A stretch of DNA of 63,885 bases, filler included, from Conidiobolus incongruus B7586 (lineage: Eukaryota), in the NCBI GenBank assembly GCA_000697335.1. It is 5 parts of 5 records of this genome, joined end to end, with 100 filler letters (N's around TTAATTAATTAA, not from the genome) between each part and the next. Parts side by side here need not be neighbours in the genome. Positions count along the whole stretch, not along the records: positions 14,109 to 32,519 come from JNEM01006218.1; positions 32,620 to 41,450 come from JNEM01006220.1; 3 more parts are not named here. One strand, 5' to 3'. Made by a program: the position numbers and the translations under genes. Every line of letters starts with the position of its first letter. Within the stretch, counting starts at the first letter, position 1. The notes under the pieces were generated by a model. It was not told the origin of the DNA. It made no database searches and saw only the letters and a list, made by a program, of their open reading frames with translations. Below are positions 23,782-36,434 of the stretch, piece after piece.

Positions 23782-24668
23782 TTAGCATATCAAATCATTC
23801 ACTTCTAACTCTTTAATCAAATCCTCACATGGCGATAGGTCTCTTCTATCGATCAGATTGAACTTTTTAGAAAAACTCAAAAAGTGGTAGAAGATGGAGT
23901 TAAAGTACGGTAGGAACTGGAGTTGAATCATCTGCTCGTAGTGATTATTTAAAATATGGCTAAAAATTTTAAATAAATTATACATGATCACTTTTACTAT
24001 GCTAAGGAAATTGGAAGGAAATTCTTTTCCTAATATTGCTATTATTATTACTATATTATATAATTGTATAACAGTTACCTTGCTTTGTTGGAAAATTTTG
24101 CTCATTATCCAATAAGTTTTGAATATTAGTTAATGTATAATCAATAAATTGGCATGCTGGTAATTTTTGAGATTTGTTATTGTTATCCGTATAGTTGTAT
24201 ATTATACTAAAAATTCTATATCAATATCGATTTTTTTGGAATTGTGTTGAAGTTACTTTCCAGCTGTCATCCTTGGACAAGAATCGGGTGTACAAAATTC
24301 GGATATCACTGAGAATACTAAGTGAGTATTGGTTACAAAATCAAATACTAAATAACTTATTAGAAAATGAAAAATATTAATGAATATTGGTGATTACCAT
24401 TACAAGCTATCCACTCGTTAAAGTCTACATACTTTGGTAAGTCTACAACCTTCTGAAAGTCTCCCTTAACCAATGTACTCTGAATTTTCGAAGGATTTAA
24501 ATACAAAGGTAAATTTTCGGGACTTGAGTGGTTCGATGCAGAATTGCCATTATTCACTAAGGTTTTCTTTAATTTATTGCGAGAATTGAAAATACTATAA
24601 TAGTTGTTAAATAAATAGTTTTGTATTTTGTAAATTATTTTCTATTACTTGAAATTAAAAAAACTCAT
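23782..24668 (-). CDS. MOB2: MOB kinase activator, Mob2-like (RAM/Cbk1 pathway), multi-exon
   Basis: MSFFNF start, TLVKGDFQKVVDLPKYVDFNEWIACN, LPACQFIDY, LGKEFPSNF...KIFSHILNNHY...FNSIFYHFLSFSKKFNLID. Short GT-AG introns link the frames. Confidence 0.88.
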
Positions 24669-27600
24669 TATAATAAAATTAATTAATTAATTATTATATG
24701 TATTATATATGTATTTTAAAATTTATAAGGTTAATATTTACAAAGAATAAAAAAGAGATAAAAACTAAGGTTAACAAAAATGTTAATTTTATAACTAATC
24801 ATTAAGGTGATATGTCACAGACTATAAATTTGTTAAACATATTTTCAAAGAATGGTATTATGTTATATGATTGGTTGGTTTTTATTAAAAGTTGCGATAT
24901 TTAGAAATAGTTTCGAGATCTTTGTCAAGTTATTAGATGTTATTATTGGAGATTTTTTAAGGTTTTTAGCAATTTTTATTTATTTTGGAATTGGATAAAA
25001 TATTTTGATTATTAATTTATAAAAATTGAATATTTATAAAAAAAATATCAATAAAAATAACATAGTAAATTAGACTTTATTAAATGTGTATAATTTATTT
25101 TATTGTGGGACATTTTAATCTTTCTCATTTAATAAAGATCTGATAATCCATAATATTTCAATCTTTATTTTACAAATTATAAAATCAATTTTCCAACTGG
25201 TTCAAAAGATGTAATTATTATTTTTATAAAGATTATAAAATAATTAATTAATAATGATTTAATATTTTTATATCTGATCCAGTTACTATAAATTTTGAAC
25301 TTTAAATTTATTTATCTTGAAATTTTTATATTCACTAAATTGTTAATTTATTTCATAGAAAATATAAATTAAAAATATTCAAACTATTATTGAAATTATT
25401 ATATAATTCGTATAAAATTTTAGTATAAATTTGATATCTACAGATTTTAAATTATAATTAATATCATTGAATGATTTTAACAAAGATGAATGATAATATT
25501 TAAAACTTATTATAATGACCCATTTTAAATAATAAAATGAAATTGTGATTGATTGCAAACTGCAGATGATCAAATTGTATATTAATATAAGAAAAATTAT
25601 GAATTTAATACAATTTAAATTATGAATGTGAAACTGGAATATTAAAAAAATCGAAATTGATTCAACATCAATTTCAAACTTAATTAATCCTTGGTTATTT
25701 AATAAATTTATATAATATAATATTTAATTATATATAAAAACTTAGATATCATTTTAATTTTCATTATTATATTGATTAATTGAATAGAATAATTAAAAAA
25801 ATTTACACTCAATGTGATTTTATAATGAATATAAACATTATTTTTACTAAATCATAGTATATATTATGAGATGCTATTGTACTTTTTCAATATAGTGTTT
25901 TTTTTCATTTGAATATTTGATATTAATAATAATCATAGCAAGATAATCGATTTAAACTGCTTGATATTAAAAATTAATATTTATTTCATGGAATAATTTG
26001 CTCAAATTTTTTTTGAATATAACTATTAAAATCAAAGTGAGTCAAAAACCAGGTAAAATACTAATTTCATAGTAAGCCTATATATATTATAATATCTTTT
26101 GAAATTAACTTATTTGCAACAACATATATTACTTTGTTAAGTTTTATTTATTAATACTATATTGCAATTTAAATTATTGTATAATATGAACATGTTGGTG
26201 ACTTAGATTAAAACAGTGCTCTATTTGAAGAAAGTAATATATACATATACATTTGTATATGAAATACCATTAAGCTTAATTCGATTGATTATATATAATT
26301 TTTTATTATTATGTTATTAAAATATAAAAACAAATCATATATGTGACTCAATTTTGATTAAATATTAAAGTTGCAAAAATTAATAATGTGATATAAAGTC
26401 TGGTTATTCAATTCAATAACTTAAAAAACTTTGAAATCATTTTAAAGTATAATATAAAACACAGGATTTATAACTATCATCATCAAGCTTTATTTATAAA
26501 TATATTTCGATGTTTGAATAAAAAAAGTATCCAATTTGAACATATAAAATTTTTAGTGACTATTAGTAGATGAAGAATTTAATAATTTTTAATAAAGTAA
26601 ATTATATCCAATTTTATCAAAATAAATCAACTATTCATTTTAGTAATTTAAATTAATGACAATATATATTATACAAATTATGATATTTAAACACGTTTAC
26701 TTCCGCATCATAATGATTATATTCAAAGATACAATGTTAATAAAAATCATTATTAATGTTGAATTTAATAAATGATAGTATCTACAAATTGTAGTAATAC
26801 TTCATATAGTAAGAATGTTACTAAATTGTTAATGAATAGATTAATTAACCTATATTAAAAATATATGTTTTATTTTAGATATATATAGTTTTATATTTTA
26901 AATAATTGTTTTATTTGTTAAAAATAAATTGAACATAAATTTAGCACAACACATGTCTAAACCATCACTAAAACTTTACCATTGAAAATATTGTGACTTT
27001 TCTAATACTCAATCACTCTACAACTGGTCAACTAATCAAACTGTAAATACGTTTATAATTAGTGATTGTGTTGATTATGTTAAATACAAAAAAACGTATT
27101 AACTATATTAAGCTAGAATTTTGATATTAATAAAGCAATCAAAAGTGAAATTTGATGCAAGATTTTTTTTGTGACTTTTTCGGATATTATTATTAATTTG
27201 GTAATGATACCAAGTTTTTAAAATTATTGGAGGTTTACATTCTATATTTGTAAGATAATTTTATTATATATAGCTCATCCTTTTGAAATTAACATTACTA
27301 ACAATACTTTTCAAAGTAATATACTGGTTATTTATATCAAATATGAATCTTTTTGCCATCAATTTGCGCCAACAACATTTTCCACTCGTCAGTCACATTA
27401 AGAACAAAAATATTATTTCATCATTAAATAGCTGAAACTGTAAATATTGATAATAATATCGAGTAGTAAATTTCAAAACTTTTGTTACCATATCATATGA
27501 TTAAAAAGTGACTGATAAGGTGATTAATGGACTCAAGTCATTAATCACTCAATTATAAGTGTAATTATTACTTCGAATTATTTGATATTAAAATATTTAG

Positions 27601-28697
27601 TTTTGATTGAATAGCCTTATTTCCCATACAATATATGATTGATCATGATTTTAATCTTATTCAAGTTTTAACCATTTAAACTGGGTTTACTATTTAATCA
27701 ATCTCTATTTTTATCCAAAAGTCTACAGTATTACCGATAACTATATCTTACAAACTCTCGAATATTCTCAAATTTTAAGGATTACCAATAAAGAGTCATA
27801 TTAATTTTGAAACGATAATATTTTACAAAATGAATATTTTTATCATAATAAGATCTAAAAAAATGTTAAAAAATATATGGAAAGCAAATTAATGCTATTG
27901 AAAACTAATTAATGATATCATTATACTGAGCAATGCCAATTCAATAAAAAATTAAATTGTACAAGCTACAATTAAAGTGATATTAAATAAATTTTAATAA
28001 ATATTGCCAAAAGAATTGATTCAACCAAAGCAACCAAATTTAATTAAATGCTTGGTGAAATTTTCAATTGAAATGCATAATAAAAATTGAATTTTTTAAT
28101 TCATTTTGATTCATAAGAAATGAACAGATTATTTCAAATGCTGGATTCTTATTGACTGAAATTGAATTTTTGTTACATTTCACTGAATTGTCGTGTTTTA
28201 AACTGAGCCGAATACTTGAGATAATCAATCCATTACAATCGATTATCCGTAATATTCTCTGTTTGTTAATTATGACGCCTAATTCAGTAACCAAAATAAT
28301 TTTCTCATTGATTAACGAATTTTGAGTATGGGAGATCGTATATTTACGTTTAAATAAGTATTGGGTACTCCTTAGCACGTCAGTAAATTTCCATGGGAAA
28401 ATAATTGACGTTAAATTAATGGTAGAAAAAATCCTAAATCCTAATAGACAACAGACTGGCCCCCTTCCAAATTCATTCATTCATTGTTTTATTGCATTAA
28501 TAATCTTCATTCCTTATTCTTCATAATATTACCACCTTTTAGAAGACTAGCCGTCCCTTTTATTTTCTCTAATACTCTTCTATAATTTATATTTTAGGAC
28601 GCATCCTCTCTTTTATATTTTTACCCCATTCTAATTTATAATCTAATTTAATATCTTTTATCCGAATTAATATTCAATTCACACATTTTTATAAAAA

Positions 28698-31078
28698 ATG
28701 AACGGGTATACTATTTTATACTACTTTTATTTAGTTTATAATAACATTTTTCTTCAGTGAATCTGTTACTTCTATGAACTCTCCCTCAGTCAATCAATGG
28801 GTTGAAATTATTGACCCCCAGACTCAAAATATCATATATGCCAATCCTGTAAGTATGAACACCAAATTTAATATTCTAATCCTTTTATTCTGTATAAATA
28901 GAATACTCTATCTAATATTTTTATTCTAGTCTACAGGAGAATGTTCTTGGGAACGTCCCCTTAACGTTTCAATCCGTCCAAGATATCCCGAAGGAGAGTG
29001 GTGGGAGCTTTTCGACGATAATAATAAGCTTCCTTATTACTATAACACGGTATCTCAACAGACTGCTTGGGTTCGTCCTTCTACGGGTATTATTATTCCA
29101 TTGGCTAAAATTCAGGTAAATTTACTAAAAGTTTTTTCTCTTATTTTTATTCTATTCTCTGAATAATCTCAATATTTGAATTCAAAAGATATATAATTAT
29201 ATTATTATTTATAATTCTCTAGAATATGTTATTTATTTATTTCAATTTTAGACATCTGGTATGAACAATTCTACACCTGAAAAAACTCCACAATCAAATT
29301 ATGAACCCGTGAGCAGTGACCAATCCACACACTCCTCACCTCTCCCCACAAACTCTCCCCCAACTCTTAACCATACTTCTGAGGACTCCCAAAACGACCA
29401 TTCTCTGTCCTCTTCCCTGCCAACCTCCCCAATCCCAATTAATTCGCCTTTCTCCCATAAAAATAAGGACGTTAAACTGTTATCCAATCCCAGACGCAAT
29501 TCAGACGGCAACAAGCTGAACCAAACGGTACCTCAGCCAGCTGCGCTGAAAAACGAGATGCCCAATCACCAGCATAAAAAATCAGTTCCTCGCGCATTAT
29601 CTTTTATTTCCCCTAATACGGATAACAGTAGTATTAGTTCACCTACATTTGGTAAAGGTTACAGCTCGCTCCGACCTTCTCTTAATATCGACATCCGCTC
29701 CCCTAGCTTCAAAACCACATTTGGTAACCGAAAGAATTCCGAATTATACGAATTGGACTCTCCAAAATCGTTACCTACACAGTTAAAAAACGAAATTGGC
29801 CAATTCCAAATCGATGGTTTTGCGAAAAAGTTTTTCTCAACACACAAAAAGGGATTGTTTAGAAGAAAAGTCCCAATGGAAGAATTGTTACAATGGACAT
29901 CAGAATCAATTAGTCAGCCTTTACTCACAGTGAATAAGGATCAAAGAAAAGAAGTACTTAAAATTTTCAAAACTATCCAGAAAATTATGAAGGATAGACC
30001 TAGAACTAGTCGAGTAAGTTTGAATGGTCATGCTTCTGCATCTAATATCAATCTTGCAAATATATCCAGAACTTCTATTACCAAGCCTAGCGCAACTTCC
30101 AAGGCAGATATTATTGATATTCAATGGATTTTGGACCGCGGTATCACTCAAGGTACGTTAAGGGATGAGATTTGGGTTCAACTATGTAAGCAACTCACTC
30201 GTAACCCTAATCCACAGAGTGAACGACTTGGATGGGAACTAATGGTCATGTGTGCATTATGCTTCCCTCCCTCCAAAAATTTTGAAGAATACTTAATCAA
30301 ATTCGTCAATGAACACACCGATCCTACTAAAAATTCTTACGAAATAACTAAAATTGCCGAATACTGTAGGAAAAAGCTAAAATTAATCTGCAAAAATGGT
30401 CCCAAAGGCAAAGTAATTACTGAAGGAGAGATTGAACAAGCTAAAATGGCACCATTTACTTTCTCATTATTTGGTGAAACCCTCGAAAATATCATGGCCT
30501 ACCAACAAGAGAAACATCCTAATTTGAAAACTAATTTACCCAGAATTTTCACATTCCTTACTAAGTCTATCCTCAAATTGGGTGGTGATCAATCTGAAGG
30601 TATTTTCAGAGTTCCTGGTGAGCAAGAATTAATTACCGAACTGAGACTTAAGCTTGAGCAAGAAGAATTCGATTACAACTCTGTTCCCGATTGTAACGTT
30701 CCAGCATCCCTTCTCAAGCAGTGGCTACGTGAGCTTGAAGAGCCTCTTATCCCTACGGAATTCTACCAAGATTGTCTCACGCAGGTTAAAGATGGAGCCA
30801 GTGCATTTGAGCTTATGAAGCGTCTCCCTGATATTAACCGTAGAGTTATTAATTATCTCATACAGTTTTTACAGATTTTCGCTGATCCTGAAGTCGTCTC
30901 AAAAACTAAAATGAACATTTCCAATCTTAGTATGGTATTTGGGCCTAGTTTCCTGAGAAATCCCAGTGAAAATCTCACCGAAGTACTGGATAAGGCACCG
31001 AAAGAGAGGGATTTCCTAGCCTGCTTAATTCAGCATTACTATCCTGAGGGTGAGAAGACAAGAGATTTTTTCTTGTAA
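28698..31078 (+). CDS. WW-WW-MyTH4-RhoGAP protein (ARHGAP39/Vilse-like), exons 28698-28705, 28758-28848, 28930-29115, 29252-31078
   Basis: Spliced N-terminus WVEIIDPQTQNIIYANPSTGECSWERP...WWELFDDNNKLPYYYNTVSQQTAWVRPSTGIIIPLAKIQ (tandem WW). MyTH4 LRDEIWVQLCKQLTRNP. RhoGAP EGIFRVPG, ASLLKQWLREL, KMNISNLSMVFGP. The tiny first exon is less certain. Confidence 0.93.
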
Positions 31079-32519
31079 ATTGTGTTGAAATTATTCAATA
31101 TGGCCCAATATTAATGCATCATCATGTAAAATTATACACATTCACCATTCCGTTCTACTTCATTCTAAGCTGATAACTAACCTCATTATCTTTAAATTTT
31201 TATATGAAACCCGCCTAGCTAACACTAATTCTCCTATTCAATTAATCTTGTCAATATTTTATCTTTACTCTCTTCATTTTCATTGATCTGGTATCAAACT
31301 AACAAGATAATTTATTCTATTCTATACCTATAATAATATGTCATTAAATTATACATCAATATACCTCACTATCAATTTTGAATTATACATAACTTATTCT
31401 GATTTGTTTGGAATAAATTACTATTAATCTTAAATTATGTTCATATATTTATCATTGTATCAAGTTAAAAGAATTCTATTTAACAAAGTGATGATTTAAT
31501 AGTTTGATTCAATAAAACCTATTAACACAATTACTTTGATATTATTGACATTCTTACCATTATTAATTAATTGATAAATTTATTAAGAGATTTTTATTAA
31601 TCTGAGGAATATATCAGTTATCGATGCTAAAAAATCCGATTAATACTATCTACTTTGAACTTTAACTACTTTTGTCCATCATTATATTATCAATATTATT
31701 TAGCAAAATTCCTATACATTTTAATATTAATATTATAAATACTATTGATATTTCCAGATCAAAACTTGGACTAGTAATTTTAACAATTTATTCAAAAAAT
31801 ATGATAATTTGATGATATTAGAACTAAATAAGGTTGTGTAAAAATATTTAATCTTAATTTTAATCCTTGAGATTTTATTAAAATAACTAATAATAATCAA
31901 ATGGTGACTTTTTGTTTTTCCATGATTTAATACTAAGGTTGATGAAACTATTAATTATATGATTGATTACTATTTACTAAATTTCTAAATTGATTATAAA
32001 TTTACTAAGAATTGGTGAATTTATTAATTTATGGTTTTTCAAACATATTATTGGCTTTAAAAATAAATTATGTTTAAAATATATAACAAAGTTAATATTT
32101 TCATTATATATGTATATTTATTTATAATTATTTTTTCATTAAAATATTTTTATTTAAAAATTTAAGGTTGAATTTAATAATGTTTAATCTAGATTATAGT
32201 CATCAAGTTTTTTATTTTAGTCAAATTAAAACTTAAACCATAAACCCTGTAAAAATCCATTAGAATTTGTAGACAATTTAAAAAATTAATGATTTATCTA
32301 AAACTACTATTTATTACCTAATTTATTACTCTAAAGTTTAAAATTATTTATAATTTAAAAAATTAAATTTTTATCATAATTCTTTTACTTATTAATAAAA
32401 AAAATAAATTATTTATAGATAGATATTAATTTGTTTATTAAAATATATTAGTTATTTTCTTTTATTTGATTTTTAATAGCAAATTAGTTGATTATATTAG
32501 TTTTTTATATTTTAAATAA

Positions 32520-32619
32520 NNNNNNNNNNNNNNNNNNNNNNNNNNNNNNNNNNNNNNNNNNNNTTAATTAATTAANNNNNNNNNNNNNNNNNNNNNNNNN
32601 NNNNNNNNNNNNNNNNNNN
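32520..32619. other. Artificial contig spacer
   Basis: N44-TTAATTAATTAA-N44. Confidence 0.97.
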
Positions 32620-34989
32620 AAATATTGAATTGTATAATAAATTAGTCTTTTTTCTTCTTAATCCTTATTATTACTTACTTTTCTTATTATTTTTAAAATT
32701 AAGACTATATTCTATTAGTATTATAATATATTAGCATTATATTATATAAATCCTAATATATCAGTATTAATTTATTTATTTACAAAGCTTAATTAAATTA
32801 TATATATATATATATATATATCATCCTGCTATATTACAGGCCAAATTACCTTTATATTATGTCTTCCTTTGCATTATATTTGACTTGTGACTATTACACT
32901 TATAAGATTAATATTTTTCTAATAATATTTAATCTACTTATCATTTGAATTTTTCGAAATAAAGATTTATCAAATAAAGATTTTTATATTTTAAATTGTA
33001 TATTATAATTTAATATTATATTTAAAATAATAATAGTTTAATATAATTTAATATATTTTATTTTTCAATTAATAATTAATAAATAAAAATAAAAAATATA
33101 AAATCAATATCTTATTTTGTTATTTATAACTTTGTTATAATTTTGGAAAGTTTCTAATATTGAAAAAAAATTATTTTAATTAATTCGAGTCTAATAATTA
33201 ATTAACCAAATATATTAATTTATAGAATTAGTTATATCAAATTAACTAAATATTATGATTTATTTGAAATAAAAAACTTAAAAAATTAGAATTAAATAAT
33301 TATAATAATTTTCTATATAAGTTTTTATTTTTGGTAATATTCTAATAAATTCTATTTATTAATTAATATTATTAGAATTTTATTCAAATTAGTTTAATTA
33401 TTAAGCATTGGCTTAAAACTATTATTTATTAATACAATATTAGATTTTGGTATATATTATATACTTATAAAATTTATTTTGGATAAAATATTATCTTTAT
33501 AAGCTATTTATAGATTTGAAATAGATTTAAAAAGTATATATTCAATTTTTAATAATTATTAAGATCAAAAGCTTTTGATAATTATTATTTGGATGCAATA
33601 ACCAAATTTAAAAATAAATATTTAAAATTATTTTAATTACAATTTATTGAATATATATATATATATGTAGTTAAAAACTATTAACTCTTTTATCTATTAT
33701 AAATAAAATTGACTTTTAAAAGTCAAAAATATTTGAGAAGTTAAAATTTATAAGATTTCCAATATTTTTCTAAAAAAATATTTAAAAATTTATATATTTA
33801 CTCAACTTTAACGATGAATAACAACTATTATCTAGAGAAATAATATGTGATCAAAAATACAATATTACAATATCTGATTTTCAATTAATTATATCGCTCT
33901 AAATTGGGCATAAAAAATTGATAATATATACAATCAAATTATTTGATAAATCAAAATAAAATTCACAAATTGTCACAAATTAGTAAAGGAATTCTGATCA
34001 TAAAAAATTAAGGGAAAAATTTTGATCGCATGAAAAAAATATTATTGTATTTATGAGCTAGATTAAGTCCAATATTCTATATAAAATGAATAACTAATAG
34101 TAATTATATTATTTAATTTATACAAGGTTACGGTTATTGTTATAAATTAATATTTATAAAAGATTTATTGTAATAAATTATATCTAATCTTTTGATGTAA
34201 AAATTTGATCTCTTTTTCTTTAATGCATGGTGCAAATTTAGAGGACTTATTGATCTAGATTAAAGAATAGATGCGGAATATGGTAGTTGCAATACCTCTT
34301 CTAGAATACATCCTTGAGACTTATCTTAAACAATATATCCGCCTATTTTATTATCCCAATCACCTTTCATTCAAAGTATCCTTTAAATAATAAATTTATA
34401 TCTGATTGTTTTATATTATTCTTGACTTTTCATAAGATTGTAACTTGCCCCTAATTTTTAACATAAATTCTATCATTTAATATTTTTATTAAATTACTTA
34501 CTTTATTATTTTGAGTAAAAAAAATTCATAAAATAATAAATTTTTTAGTCATTTAAAGGTTTTATATTATTAAAATTTTATCTTAATTCAAGTTTCCAAT
34601 CGATATAAATAAAAATATTGAAGATTTGGAATATATAGTGATATACTTTAGTTGATTTAATTTCAGTGTTATATTAATCACTTAATAAATACAAACATCT
34701 TAAAGTATTATAATATAATTAATATATGGTTATTGAAATCAATTTGAAACAATGACAAAATTTTTATATAGAATTCAATAATTTGCTAAAGTAGCATGAT
34801 ATAATATTTAAAAGACTAGATTATTATAAAATCCTTTTCTATAGAAAATTTAAAACCGTAATATTATTAAACAGTATCGAAATTTTGATTCAATTATATT
34901 AGTTATGGCATAAAAATGCGATTGATGAGAAAATAAAGTTTTATTGAGAACTGCCATTTTAATTTAATTTCCGAATGTCAAATTATTCT

Positions 34990-35060
34990 CTGAAACCAAA
35001 ACCTTCCCCTTTTTCTCCAGATCTTTATAAATACTATTGATATTATGCTAGGGGTTTAAT
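34990..35060 (+). promoter_or_regulatory. Conserved upstream block with inverted CCCCT/AGGGG (STRE-like) pair, paralog A
   Basis: CCCCT at 35006-35010 and AGGGG at 35050-35054, about 1.07 kb upstream of ATG 36078. The block aligns with 39427-39497. Confidence 0.5.
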
Positions 35061-36077
35061 TTAGTTAATTATTCACTGTTTTTACCTGATAATAAAGTTA
35101 TTAAAGATTTTTTTGGTTAAAATGTGTCAAACAAGTCAATCAACTAATCAGTATGATTAAATTATTATTTGTTATTTATTCGATTGCTTCCTAAATAGCA
35201 ATGAATATAGTTTAAAAATATCGAATTATCTATAATAATCACATAAAGAGAATTGGAGTTAAAATTAGTTTTAAGTAGCTTATTCTAGAAAATTTAACAA
35301 TTATCTTGAATCACATAAAATAAATAAATAAAAATCATGATATTACTAGGCAATTTTGAATCTGAGTCGAATATCAACAAGTAAACTATTAAAAGGTCAA
35401 TTATATGGCAATCAAACAATAAAAACCTTGGGGATGTATTTTTTATTTTCAAATTGGAAAAAATTATTATGAACTTCATAACAAGCATACTAATATTATA
35501 GCCATACAGTTTTACTTCAAATCTGGTTTTTCATGTGGCAATAATACCATATACAATTTGCACATCATAAAATTTTATATTATTATATTTTTATTATTTT
35601 AAATTAAAATTCTATCAAAAATGAATAGGCTAGGAAATTTAATTTTGTCAATATTAACTTATCAACTATAAGTAATTTAATATTAAATACATATTTATTC
35701 TCTTTTTAAAATTTCACTTTCACTACACTTAAAATTGATTGATTCTAAAGTAACATTGATCAATTTCTCAATTCAGCTAATGGATTTTTGCCTTTGAACA
35801 AGAATATGGTTTTCAGGAATTTGGAACCCAAGGTTTAACTCGATAATTTCAAAAATACAGTAATAAAACAAAAATAATTGATTAATTTACCAAAGGAGTA
35901 TGAATTTAGAAGAAACCGCTAGTTTGAATGTTGATAAAATCTAGTGCTATGTCTAATTGGACAAAAAATCAAGTACTTAATTGGGAAGAAGATCTGCAAA
36001 TCGGATTTTTAGATATATAAAGCTTTATTCGACCATTCATTTAACATTAATTTCAATTCATTAATAGGTACAATTCC

Positions 36078-36434
36078 ATGAGTTCCTCAGACTTAAGCTA
36101 TCAGCAGTTCATTCAAACTATTGAAGCCTCTGAATCTATCGAGTGCCTAGAAAAGGTGGCATACATATCTCAAATGCGTCGCAGAGGATCTAACACATCT
36201 ATTTATTCACAAAACTCAATTGCTTCGTCAATTTGTACGAATGCTTCCACCAAATCGGCTGTGCCATCAGCACTTGATTTGGATACTGCTTTATACCAAA
36301 AGGGGTTTGAACTACGCCAATATGACTCCGATGAGGAGTTCGATTTAATCCTTGAGCAAGGATTTAATGGAAGTGTATCTGGATCCATGCCAACATTGAA
36401 ACTCACCTTAACACCTGAATTGTTAAGATATTAA
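36078..36434 (+). CDS. Small unknown protein (118 aa), paralog A
   Basis: Intronless ORF with a TATATAA box at ~36014. Strong amino-acid conservation with 40504-40857 despite many silent changes. Contains RRRGS and C-terminal TLKLTLTPELLR. Confidence 0.85.
   Translation: MSSSDLSYQQFIQTIEASESIECLEKVAYISQMRRRGSNTSIYSQNSIASSICTNASTKSAVPSALDLDTALYQKGFELRQYDSDEEFDLILEQGFNGSVSGSMPTLKLTLTPELLRY

Noticed and set aside
28064..28480. 138-aa minus-strand ORF upstream of the RhoGAP gene
   Set aside because: No domain or codon-bias support, and it lies in the probable promoter region. A real orphan gene cannot be fully excluded.
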